NCBI RefSeq assembly: GCF_030144855.1
Contig: NW_026781489.1
Span: 1 to 64,000, forward strand
Direction of reading: 5' to 3'
Origin: Hypanus sabinus
Lineage: Eukaryota
Length of the DNA stretch: 64,000 nucleotides
Numbering within the stretch: the first letter of the stretch is position 1; every line of letters starts with the position of its first letter. A program made the position numbers and the translations under genes. Below the pieces are notes generated by a model. It was not told the origin of the DNA. It saw only the letters and a list, made by a program, of their open reading frames with translations, and did not search any database. Positions 51,501 to 63,560 of the stretch are shown here, piece by piece.

Positions 51501-52430
51501 GAGATACTCCAGGACAGGACGAGATACTCAACAACATGACGAGGTACTCCAGGACAGGACGAGGTTCTCCAGGACAGGGCGAGTTACTCCAGGACAGGAC
51601 TAGGTACTCCAGGACAGGGCGATGTACTCCAGGACAAGGCGAGGTACTCCAGGACAGGACGAGGTACTCCAGGACAGGACGAGGTACTCCAGGACAGGAC
51701 GAGGTACTCCAGGACAGGACTAGGTACTCCAGGACAGGGCGATGTACTCCAGGACAAGGCGAGGTATTCCAGGACAGGGCGAGGTACTCCAGGACAGGGC
51801 GAGGTACTCCAGGACAGGACGAGGTACTCCAGGACAGGACAATGTACTCCAGGACAGGACAAGGTACTCCAGGACAGGACGAGTTACTCCAGGACAGGAC
51901 GAGGTACTCCAGGACAGGACGAGATACTCCAGGACAGGGCGATGTACTCCAGGACAAGGCGAGGTACTCCAGGACAGGACGAGGTACTCCAGGACATGAC
52001 GAGGTACTCCAGGACATGACGAGGTACACCCGGACAGGACGAGATACTCCAGGACAGGACGAGATACTCAACAACATGACGAGGTACTCCAGGACAGGAC
52101 GAGGTTCTCCAGGACAGGGCGAGTTACTCCAGGACAGGACTAGGTACTCCAGGACAGGGCGATGTACTCCAGGACAAGGCGAGGTACTCAAGGACAGGAC
52201 GAGTTACTCCAGGACAGGACGAGGTACTCCAGGACAGGACGAGGTACTCCAGGACAGGGCGAGGTACTCCAGGACAGGACGAGGTACTCCAGGACAAGGC
52301 GAGGTACTCCAAGACAGGGCGAGGTACTCCAGGGCAGGGCGAGTTACTCCAGGACAGGGCGAGTTACTCCAGGACATGACGAGGTACTCCAGGACAAGGC
52401 GAGGTACTCCAGGACAGGGCGAGGTACTCC
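48531..52430. repeat. 20-bp tandem array (~195 units; consensus AGGACAGGACGAGGTACTCC) with higher-order repeats
   Basis: Exact 20-nt phase throughout; near-identical ORFs recur at a 1460-bp offset (49516/50976, 49842/51302, 50124/51584). Confidence 0.97.
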
Positions 52431-52694
52431 GGGGCAGCATGTGGCTCCTGAACTATGTTTGGCTCGGCTCTTGGACTCGGCTTAGTCAGGCTCTGGGGTA
52501 TGAAGCCGGGTCACCTCCTTGATGACCGCCGAGATAAGCTTCCATGGGTAAACCGCCTTGGATTGGGATGGGACTGATCCAGCACGGTCGAGGAATATCC
52601 AGCAGCAGCCGGGGCGAGAACACGAAGCCTTGACTTGAACGGAACTGCAACACGGCGCATGGAACTTGCAATACTGAAAACAGATCCGGGAAAC

Positions 52695-53220
52695 TTCCTT
52701 GCGAACAGGACATAGGGCCGAGGCTTTACACAGTGTCAGTACCCCTCCTTGCGAACAGGACCTAGAGCAGAGTCTTTACATAGGGTCAGTACCCCTCCTT
52801 GGGAACAGGGCCTAGGGCCGAGGTTTTACACAGCCTCAATACCGCTCCTTGGGAACAGGACCTAGGGCCGAGGCTTTACACAGGGTCTGTACCCCTCCTT
52901 GGGAACAGGACCTAGAGCCGAGTCTTTACAAAGGGTCAGTACCCCTCCTTGGGAACGGGTCCTAGGGCCGAGGCTTTACAAAGGGTCTGTACCCCTCCTT
53001 GGGAACAACACCTAGGGCCGAGGCTTTAAACAGAGTCGTTACCCTTCCTTGGGAACAACACCTAGGGCCGAGGCTTTACACAGGGTCGGTACCTCTCCTT
53101 GGGAACAGGACCTAGGGCCGAGGCTTTAGACAGAGTCAGTACCCCTCCTTGGGAGCAGGACCTAGGGCCGAGGCTTTACACAGGGTCAGTACACCTTCTT
53201 GGGAACAGGACCTGGGGCCC
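52695..53220. repeat. 50-bp tandem repeat (~10.5 units)
   Basis: acccctccttgggaacaggacctagggccgaggctttacacagggtcagt recurs at 52741, 52791, 52841 and onward. Confidence 0.95.
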
Positions 53221-53470
53221 GGACTCTTCTTTGATACGGACTCTGAACACGGGGACACAAAGAGATAATTCAAAACTCAAAGATAGATAGTTCCCTACCT
53301 TGGGGTGGTAGTGCTCCGGTCTCACTCCGGTGTTTGAATTGACGTGGATGCAGGCGCGGACACAGACGAAAGTAACAGACGAAGATTACAGACAAAGATT
53401 AGTGCCAAAGTAACTGTTGAGATATACTACTAATGTAACTTCTGGGCGTTCAGATGGGGAGAGGAGGGGA

Positions 53471-53779
53471 ACAGTCCAGCAGGAACTCCTTGGTGTGAGA
53501 GGTATTTATCTGCCAGCCGAAAGCGAGAATCAGGTGCCTCAATGAAGGCACCCAATGGACCAGGGGAAAGCAGACAGTCCAGCAGGAACACCTTGGTGTG
53601 AGAGGTATTTATGTGCCAGCCGAAAACGAGAATCAGGTGCCTCAATGAAGGCACCCAATGGACCAGGGGAAAGCAGACAGTCCAGCAGGAACACCTTGGT
53701 GTGAGAGGTATTTATGTGCCAGCCGAAAACGAGAATCAGGTGCCTCAATGAAGGCACCCAATGGACCAGGGGAAAGCAG
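53471..53779. repeat. 103-bp tandem triplication
   Basis: acagtccagcagg starts at 53471, 53574 and 53677. Confidence 0.95.
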
Positions 53780-54129
53780 GACCGAGGGAATAAGGAGTCG
53801 ACGGACCGGAACGTGAACCGGAACTCGGACTTCACAGACGGCACCATGACAATCAGAGTCAGGAGTTCCATATACACAGGGCTGCTAACTCTTCAGGAAC
53901 CAGATATACCACGGCCAATAAGGAGTAGCCCACAGACACGTGGAGATCCGGACCAAGAGGAACTGCCGGCCATCGTGGACTCCTTTCTTGGGTAATACCT
54001 TTTCTCTTCAGTGACTCTTCCTGGAGGGCCAGAGACTCTAGTAGGGGACACAGCAGTAGAATGTTTTTGAACACACGGGCTTTTCAGTTGAGGCAATATA
54101 AGTTACTTGTCGGTAAATAAAGATTTTCT

Positions 54130-55020
54130 ATGCCTTACTGATCATGATTACAATGGGTGATTCTTGTAAGCTTTTCTACCTCGTCCTGAATATCTGTTCC
54201 TTCCCTATTGACCTTCATTCCTTGGGAGTAGAATTCTCATTCAATGGTAAACTCCACCCTGCAATCGGTCTGAATACTCCGAAAGAATCCATTAATTCTC
54301 CTATCAATCTAAGAGAATAGAGCCCCATCTCACTCACCATCCTCTCACACAAACAGACTGCTGTCACTGAAACCAGTCTTGTCACTGCAAGGAATGGTGC
54401 TTGCACTTTCTCTGCTGCAATGATACATTCCCATAGGAAGTTTGATAAAAACTGGGAATAATATTGAAGTGTATTCTCACCAATGCCGTGAAAGACTCTT
54501 ACCAGTAAGATATCTCTACCCCTCTTCTACTATCCTATGGCATCACAGGACAAAACACAGGTTTCCTTCCTAATTACCTGTTGGATCCGAAAGTTAACAC
54601 GCCATAATTTAATTCCAAGAAACTTTAGGTCCCTCTGAAATTTGTACTGTGCCACTACGTTAAACTGATTTTCCTAGTTTGTTTCTCACAGTGTGGAATG
54701 GCCTCACATTCCGTACATCCTCAAACCTGTCGGCATCCACGAACCCTTCTGCGCCTTTCACACTAATGACCCTACCACCGCGCTCCATAACAGCAACAGG
54801 CTTCGATATAATATACTTAAGCTCACATACAAATCACTGCTGCAGACTGTGTATAGCCGGTGTCTTCTACCAATCCCTGTGCTACGCTACCTTACTGCTC
54901 ACAGCTTCCAACGTCGAAAATAGCCCATTTATTTCCTCTCTCTGCCTTAGACCTGCTGATTATTTTTCAGTCCGCACAAGAATATTACATACAACCTTAT
55001 CAGAAACTTATCAGAAACTT
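54130..55020 (-). mobile_element. Old CR1 fragment
   Basis: Reverse reading gives MGLYSL.LIGELM..F and L...LQYYSQFLSNF-type degenerate RT C-terminus. Confidence 0.5.
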
Positions 55021-55739
55021 ACTTAAATTCCACCCACACCAGTTCCTTATTTTGCATCAGTTTTTCCGTGTCTGAAACAAAACTGACTCTGCAAGCAGTG
55101 CTTTTGCTGTCCTTCCAATCCGTACTTTTGGATGTGGTGTCTGAATCGGTGTGTCTGCCGGTACAACATCGTTGCAGAATACAATGGATATAGTGGCTGT
55201 CTGCGGTTCAGTGTAACGGTTGCATTGGAAATGTATATCTGTGTTGGGCTCAGTGTGAGACAAAATGTCGTTGCTGTCTGGAATGATAGCATTCATGAAC
55301 TGTCGTGTCAGCGGCCTCTTTGAGAACAGTTCCAAGAAGAGACACTTTAACTGTTTTCTCACATATTCCGTTTTGCCTGGATGAGTGTTTGCAGAATTTC
55401 ATTTTTCTGTTCCATCCTTCGGTGCTCTGTCGCTGACCGGGAGCACCATGAAAGGTCATGATTTTCCAGTGGAAAAATCCCGTCATCGGCTACCGGAATT
55501 ATTCACTTCATCTTCACGAGATGGGGAAGGCGCAGGTAGAAAATATGCCATCCATTATTCACACCAGGGAGGAATTTACCGGCTCGTAGCTTTCCACTCC
55601 CACATCAAATTGCGGTAATCAGTGTGGAATACGAATTCAAATCATATTGACTTTAGTTTACTGTTTCAACTTCTTCTTTGTTTGCACGGTCGATCTTTGC
55701 GCCCTTTCTCGATCTTTCCAGCACCAATTGCAACACTAA

Positions 55740-55840
55740 TTTGGGAACACACACACAATGCTCGTGGAACAACAGGCCAGGCAGCATCTATAAGGAGAAG
55801 ATTTGTCGACGTTTCGGGCCGAGACCCATCGTTAGGACTC
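55740..55840 (-). mobile_element. Penelope tail copy with mutated hammerhead core
   Basis: Reverse complement: gtcctaacgatgggtctcggcccgaaacgtcgac...gatgctgcctggcctg. Confidence 0.7.
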
Positions 55841-55964
55841 CCCATTTTCCAATTAATTCGCAAATAATTTGGGAATAGTACAGGATCCACCCCTCCCCCA
55901 CAAACAGTAGCATTGGCTTCTACTCAGTATTTTCTCAACTTGCTGTTCCCTGTCTCTCTTCCAG

Positions 55965-56774
55965 CGAAATAGATGGCGATTGTGGTTCTGTCCGGGGAAA
56001 GTGAGGTTTCTCCAAATGAAAAGACTGCTTCGTATTATTTTTCCCCGGTAATTCCTGTTATTCAACCCTGCGTGCAGACTCGATATGCGAGCACTGCAGC
56101 CTCTGTCTGGCTGACTGTCAGTTTCACCGTCGGTCGATTTGTGGTGATTTGCTGTGAGAAGCTGAAAAGAAAAATATTGCTCCGAGAGAACGGCGGTTGT
56201 GGTTATCGGGACGGTGAGTGTGCTGACCTGTTTGGAGAGTGTCCCCTGGGGATTTATATACAGCCATTTCGTAATAATTGCTAGTGTACCCTGGTATTGT
56301 GTTTATACAACGAGCTTCCAAAACCCTCCATCATGGGCGGCATTTGAGATGTTTCACCGCATTTTAACCCCTTGTGTCCCATTCTTTCTTATTTTCCCGG
56401 TCAAAATTCTGGCTGTCAGGCGGATTTTAGTGGCCAGTCCAGCCCGCAAGGGGCTCCGGGGACAGAATAGTGACAAGGACCGGGAGATGGATAACCGACG
56501 CAAATCCATCGTTTTGCTCTTCAGTATTCTCAAGTTGTTGTAGGTTACACAAGTGACGCTTTATATCTATCAACGGATTTCACTGAGCACTGTTTATTGT
56601 TCTGTCACGGATCCCAGTTACTGCACAGAAAAGGCAGCGGGTATGCTGCAGGTTCTCAGTTCCTGCACCAACACGTGTATTTTCGCCGTGACTCAAAGAG
56701 AATTCCGAGAGAAACTGAAGAATGCGGTGAAATACCCACTGATTCGGGTTGTGAAACTCATTAAACGTTTGTAA
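55965..56774 (+). pseudogene. GPR139-like GPCR pseudogene (exon 2)
   Basis: Acceptor ttccag at 55964; AIVVLS.GK*GFSK*; TM2 largely deleted; SVWLTVSFTVGRFVVICC; VPWYC; NRRKSIVLLFSI; LSSCTNTCIFAVTQREFR, spread over three ORFs. Confidence 0.9.
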
Positions 56775-57349
56775 TTTGCACAGTGAAATATTACAATCCA
56801 GCTGCCTTCATGCTTCTTATTCTGTACCCCTACTGGTGGATTAATGTAAACAAAGTGATGCACAGAGGTAGAAACAAACTCGAGAGATTCTGCAGATGCT
56901 CAAAGTACAAACCATCCCACATAAAATATTTCATCTTGTAGGCTGTCGGACCGAATAGTCGACTGTTTACTCTTTTCCATGCCGCCGCTTGGTCTGCTGT
57001 GTTCCTCCAGCAGTTTGTGCGTGCTACCTTAGAGTTACAAAACAGCTGCTTACGGCTGATCCCGGCGGCACGACAAGCCTCAACATTCCTTTTGCACCTC
57101 CGCTCCCGCTCTACTCAAACTGAGCGAACCTGTTTCCCCTGTTTCTCCGTTTGACAAAACTGCCTGATGTTGCTGTATATTTTCCATCTGTATGCAGTAA
57201 TCCTGCTCTAGTCTTAGCCCGTCCTTCTCATCGCCCTCCTTTTCTCTTTTTAATCGTTCTCGTCCTGTCATTTCTCCTCCTCCCTACATCTTCAACTATC
57301 TTCTAGTAAAAGATGGTTAACTGTTTACAGATAACGACAGGGTACCCAA

Positions 57350-57730
57350 GGCATCACCAGAATCAACAAACCCATTCGCAAGGCCAGTAATGTTGTGGGG
57401 GTGGAACTGGACTCTCTGACGGTGGTGTCTGAAAAGAGGATGCTATCCAATTTGCATGCCACCTTGGACAACGACTCCCACCCATTCCATAATGTATCGG
57501 TTAGGCCCAGGAGTACATTCAGCCAGAGATTCATTCCACCGAGATGCAACACTGAGCATCATAGGAAGTGATTCCTGCCTGTGGCCATCAAACTTTACAA
57601 CTCCTCCCTCGGAGTCTCAGACGTCTGAGCCAATAGACTGGTCCTGGACTTCATTCCACTTGGCATAATTTACTTGTTATTATTTGATTATTTCTGGCTT
57701 TATTTTGCTATATTTCTACTCTATTCTTGG
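57350..57730 (+). mobile_element. Rex1/Babar-type LINE 3' end
   Basis: RINKPIRKASNVVG..L.SL..V.EKRML.NL.A.LDN.SHP.H and FLP.AI.LYN motifs. Confidence 0.75.
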
Positions 57731-58299
57731 TTGTGTGTGTTTAATGTTGAGAACCACCGACCCAGGACTAAGAACAATCGAATACTGCATGAAACGGTCT
57801 GTCTGATATATTGCAACGTCAGTAACAGACATATGATAATTAATGCAGCAATGGCGCAGTTAATTTTGAATTCACGTAAGCGGAAAGTAGGACGATGGCC
57901 TACTCTGCCTTTGTGATTCAACTGTTCATAGAAAAGGTACTTAAATAGCAGTCTACACTGTCCATTCAGGCAGCGTGCCAGGTTGTTACCTTCATAAGAA
58001 TGGACCTCGGCACACTGTACAATAACCCGGTTGTGGCTGTCATACAGTTGAAAGAAATAGCGGGCGAACTGAATGACTACTTTGCATCAGCCTTCATTGT
58101 GAAAGATACGAGTAGCATGCTTAAACCTCGAGCGTGTCAGTGCTCATTAGGATGTGCTTTGCTCTTGCTCATGTGAAGGTGCTTGGGGTGCTGTAAGTTT
58201 TGATGATAGATATGTCATCTAGACAAGATGTACTACACCCCAGGGTTATGAAAGTGATTGCTGATGAGAAGCTACAATCATGAGTAATGACTTTTGAAT

Positions 58300-58560
58300 G
58301 TCCTGTCAAGGTCCCGAATTTAACGCTATCAAGCCATTCTAAGTTCTGAGGATGCTGTGCACTGGCGACTAACTGACCTGGTGCAGCTTGAGCAATTTTG
58401 CAAGAGGGAATGGGGCAAGTCTTCCTTCATTCAGTTGTGTAACGCTAATAGAGACTTAGTCAAAAAAATCTTCTGGCTGTAATAGCTTCCAGAAGTGATT
58501 CAACTGGGTAATGAGCGATAATTTTGAACTGATAACATTTCAGATTTTGAGTCTTTACAT
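58300..58560 (+). mobile_element. Tc1/mariner transposase C-terminal remnant
   Basis: L.QLEQFCKREW.K....C..LIET*.K.L.AVIA.R..ST.* matches the Tc1 C-terminus. Confidence 0.7.
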
Positions 58561-58599
58561 TTATATTCTTTTCAAAATTACCTATTTTGGGTTATATAC

Positions 58600-61470
58600 A
58601 TAGAACATAAAAACACAGAACACCTACAAACAATACTGGCTCCTTCGGCCCACAAAGCTGCTCCAACATCTCATTACCTTATAACTACCAAGGCTAACCC
58701 ATACCCCTCTATTCTTCTAAGCTCCATGTATCTATCTAGGAGTACACAGACATCTCATCTGTACCTACATCAAAGAACCTTAAAACTATGCCCTCCCGTG
58801 CTAGCCATTTAAACATCGGGAAAAGGCCTCTGACTATCTACACGATCAATGCCTCTCGTTATTGTGTACGCCTGTATCAGGTATTTTCTCATCCTCCGTC
58901 ACTCCAAGGAGAAACGGCTGTGTTCACTCAACCTATGCCCCCAATCCAGGCAACATCCTTGTACACCTCCTCTGCACCCGTTCTATGATTTCCACATCCT
59001 TCCTGTAGTGAGGCGAACACAATTGTGCACAGTACTCCAGGTGGGGTTTGAACAAGGTCTTTTCTCGTTACAACATTACCTCTCGGCTCTTGAACTCAAT
59101 TCCACGATTGATGAAGGCCAATGCACCATATACTTTCTTAACCACCCAGTCAACCTGCATAGCAGCTTTGAGTGTCGTGTAGACTAGGACCCCAAGATCC
59201 CTCTGATTCTCCACACGGTCAAGAGTCTTGTCGTTAATGATATATTCTGCCAGCATAGTTGACCTACCAAGACGAACCACCTCACCCTTATCATGGTTCA
59301 ACTCCATCTGCCATTTCTCAGCCCTGTTTTCCCTACTATCAATGTCCCGCTGTATTCTCTGACAGCCCTTCACACTGTCCACAACACCCCCAACCTTTGC
59401 GACATCAGCAGATTTACTAATCCATTCCCGCATTTCCTCATCCAAGTCATTTATAAAAATCATAAAGAATGCAGGTCACTGAACAGATCCCTGAGGCACA
59501 CCTCTGGGCACTGGCCTCCATGACCCGTCTACATCCACTCTTTGTCTTCTCTGGGCAAGCCAGTTCTGGATCTACAAAGCAATGTCGCCTTGGATCCCAT
59601 ACCTCCGTACCTTCTCAATAAGCCCTGCATAGGGTACCTTATCAAATGCTTTCCTAAAATTCATATACACTGTATATGTCTTTACCTTCATCAATGTGTT
59701 TAGTCCTATCCTCAAGAAATTCAATCAGGCTCTTAAGCCACGACCTGCGTTTGACAAAGCCATGCTCACTGTTCCTAATCATATTATGCCTCTCCAAATG
59801 TTCATAAATCCTGCCTTTCAGGATTTTCTCCATCAACTTACCAAACACTGAAGTAAGACTCTCTTGTCTATAATTTCCTGGGCTATCGCTACTATCTTTA
59901 TTGAATAAGGAAACAACATCCATAACCCTCCAATCCTCAATAACATCTTCCGTCCTCATTGATGAAGCAAACATCCTTGCCAGAGGCTCAACAATCTGTT
60001 TCCTCGCTTTCGACAGTATCCTGCGGTACACCTCGTCCGGTCCCGGTAACTTACCCAATTTGACGCTTTCCAAAACTCCAGCATATCCTCTTCCTTAATA
60101 TCCCCATGCTCAAACTTTTCAGTCCACTGCAAGTAATCCCTACAATCGTCAATATCTTTTTCCGAGTGAATGCTGAAACAAATAGTGCATTAAGTACATC
60201 AGCCATCTCCACCGGTTCCATACACACTTGCCCACTGTCACTCTTGGATTGGTCCTATTCTCTCACAACTTATCCTCTTGCTCTTCACGTTCTTGCGGAA
60301 GGTCTTTGGGGTTTCCTTAAGACTGTCCGTTAAGGCCTTCTCATAGCCCCTTCTCGTTCTCTTGATTTCATTTTTAAGCTCCTTCCTGCTTGCCTTATAA
60401 ATTTCCCAATCTGTACAATTACTTAGTGTTTTTTGAAACTTTCGATAGCTTTTCTTCTTCACTGGGTTTACACCAGCATTTGAAAACCACGGTTCCTATA
60501 CCCTACCATCCTTTCTTAGTCTCATTAAACGTATCTACGCCGAAGCCCTCGCAGATATCTCTGATCATTTGCCACCGTTCTTCCGTACGTTTAGCTGAGG
60601 ACATCTGTTTCCAATTTATGCTTCCAAGTTCCTGCCTGATCGCCTCATATTTACCCTTACCCCAATTAATCGTTTCCCTAACTTGTCTGTCGCGATCCCT
60701 CTCCAATGCTATGGTAAAGGAGATAGAATAGTGATCACTATCTCCAAAATGCTGTCCCACTGAGAGACCTGACACCTGACCTGGTTCATTTCCCAACATC
60801 TGATCGAGTCCAACCTCTCCTCTTGTAGGCTTATCTACTTATTGTTTCAAAAACATTCCTGAACACACCTATTAAACTCCAGCCCATCTAAACCCATCAC
60901 TCTAGGGAGATGCCAATCAATAATTGGGAAATTAATATCTCTCACCACAAAAACATGTTAGTCTTACTCCTTTCCAGAATCTGTCCCCCTATTTGCTCCT
61001 CGATGTCTCGATTGGGTGGCTTATAAAAACACCCTGTAGAGTTATTGACTCCATCCTTTTCCTAACGTTCACCCACAGCCACTACGTAGACAACTCCTCC
61101 ATTACTTCCTCCTTTTCTGCAGCAGTGACACTATCTCTGACCAACAGTGCCTCCCTCTCTGTCCTTTCTGAAACTTCTACAGCCTGGCCCTTGAAGTAGT
61201 CAATCCTGACTCTGCGCCCTCCAAATCTCTGTAATGGCTACAACATTTTAGCTCCAAGTGTTGATACACGCTCTAAGCGCATCCGCTTTATTCAGAATAC
61301 TCCTCTCATTAAAATAGACACATCTCAAACCATCGGTCTGAATGTGTTTCTCTCTATCACCTCCCTATACCCCGTTTCCCACTGTCTCCAAGCTTTCTCT
61401 ATTTGTGAGCTAACCTCCCGTCCCTCCGTCACTTTTGTTCAGTTCCCACACCCCAGCAATTCTAGTTTAA
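58600..61470 (-). mobile_element. Near-complete degenerate CR1 ORF2 with tail
   Basis: IFINDLD..ISKSAD..KVGG; K.PGPD; IRNSEHGFVK.RS.L; HFGDSDH (APE); reverse tail at ~58600. Confidence 0.92.
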
Positions 61471-61759
61471 ACTCTCCCTAATTGCCCAATATTTTGTGGA
61501 AAATAAGAAATAAATGAATAAATATTCCAGTCGATGTAACCTCTCTCCATCCACACTTGCCAGATCCTGCATATGATAATGGAATGGGCAGTAATTTCCA
61601 AATTATACATCTCCCTGACCCAGAAATGATTTGAAACATCGTGACTTCTGTGTGGACGAGTCGCAAAGTTCTTGTCCACTGACACTTTACTCACCAGCTT
61701 GTCCAATGCCTAGTGGGACCATCCATGTACAGGCACTGAACGCCCTCCAGTATGCATAA

Positions 61760-63560
61760 TTTAATAATCATCTCCATTCTTTATACATATATGCAATCCA
61801 ATCAGATCTCTCTCCTCTGAAACATTTCAAATCTCTTGGTTTTATTGCTGCATCCGTTGTTGTCCTGATTTAATCACCTTCTTCTTGGGGAAATACCTGT
61901 ATTTTCACATCATCCATATCTCTCATGATCTGGTATACCTGTATCAGATCATAACTCAACCTTCTACAGTCCGTAGAATTTGCAACACTCTTGCAATTCA
62001 GGCCCAAAATTCCAGCAACATATTGGCAAATTTTCTCTGCAGTCTTATTTATTATTTAATACAGTAATTCCTACCACAGAATGATAAAATCTGAACAGAA
62101 TTTTCAAAGAGTCGATTCACCCATATGTTGCATATAAGCAACAAAGCTTCCTAATTCCTATCACAAGCGAGAGATAGTTTGCAATAGCTAGAAGTGCAAA
62201 CACCACAGTCTGCTTTCTGTGAACAATGTACTTGCACTCCTCGGTCCCTCTGTTCCACAGCACTTCCCAGGGCTCCATCCTTCATTGTATATGTCCTACA
62301 CTAACTTGATTTCCCAATATGCAATGTTTAACATTTTTATCATTAAAGGTCATTGGCCAACCGTCAGCCCACATTGTTAGATGTACCTCTTTGATTTTTC
62401 ATTGTCAGCTATACTAACAACAAAAGATGAATACTCCTTTAGTATCATTTGCTAACTAAGTATGCCTCACATATCCACATCCAAATCATTCCTGACGCAT
62501 CATCAAATACAAGTTCCTGTATGATAAACAACTTTCAAATATCATCCTCTGCTACCTACCACTGAGGTAATTGAGAATTCTATCAGCTTTCTCTTTCTCG
62601 ATCCCTCTCAAACTAACCTTTTAGACTAAACTGCCAGAGGGACTTTTCTCAAAGTCCTTGTTGTGATCCACACAGAGAACATCCACAATGCTAGATTAAC
62701 TTACAATCCCAGTTACCCCCTTGAAGTAATCTAAGGCATTTGTCAGACATGTCTTTCCCCACACTGTCATGCAGACTGATCCAAATCGGACACTGTCTCT
62801 CAAAATGTTGTTGGATCTTGTCCAATAGAATCTCTTCCGGCAATTTACCCACCATCGATTTCAAGATGCCAGTTTTATGGATTGATTTTGCTACTCTTTT
62901 TAAACAGTGGAAGCAGGTTAGGCTCTCTACAGTTGTCCTAAATCTCAGATATGAAGCCAAAATTTCGAAGGGGTTCTGTAAGATCTTCTCTAATTTGCCA
63001 CGATGTCCTATTTGGCCATGCCCTGGAGAGCTATCTATCTTAATACACTGCAAGGGGCTAGCACTTCGTCCCTGCTAATTCATATGTGCCCAAGACATTA
63101 TTTCATGAATTTACTTCAACCCCGTCAGTTTTAAGACAGATAAAAGAGAAGAGAAATATGCATTAGAGATCTTTCATTTTCTTTCGTTCCACATAAAGTA
63201 GTCAAGCTGATCTTTAACATCACCTTTTATTTACCTAATGCCCCTTTAGCTCATGAGATGCATAAATAATCACTTGGTCACTTGTCTCATCTCGCTTCTC
63301 AGATCCTTCTCATCACCACTTTTTACACAACCCACCCCTCCCGCTAACTTTAAATACCCGTGTATGTTTGTAGTTATCCAGAGATTAACTCGTACAAAAT
63401 TGTTGGTGTGCAGTGTTTGACACTCACTTGTCAACTGCAGCCTGGGAATCTCTAACGAATCAGGTTCCTGAACCTTGCCAGTCATGTCCTTCACCCTGTT
63501 AATCACTGTATGATCGCTTCCTCCTCCCAAACCGCTCTGATCCTCCTCAAGACTTTTAGG
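61760..63560 (-). mobile_element. Older fragmented CR1 (ORF2 pieces and possible ORF1 region)
   Basis: IKIDSSPG.GQI...S.VGKL.E.IL.D.I..H.E in ORF 62691-63053. Confidence 0.55.

Larger units (their letters stand above)
47908..53851 (-). mobile_element. ~5.9-kb LTR-like element containing three tandem arrays
   Basis: Minus strand starts TGTCATG (53851), has CACCTG and ATAAATA motifs near that end, and finishes GCATTTGGGTCC...TGTCACG (47908), resembling fish Gypsy LTR architecture. No TSD found. Confidence 0.5.

Noticed and set aside
48537-52522. Long repetitive ORFs (up to 406 aa; YSRTGRGTPGQDEVLQDR / SWSTSSCPGVPRPVLEYL)
   Set aside because: By-product of a stop-poor 20-bp unit; ORFs occur in many frames on both strands and TAG variants break them arbitrarily.
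48531-53220. CRISPR-like array
   Set aside because: Head-to-tail repeats with no unique spacers, no cas genes, vertebrate context.
55040-55620. Possible coding remnant (VTVALEMYICV resembles a TM3 end)
   Set aside because: Single weak motif with no supporting flanking helices.
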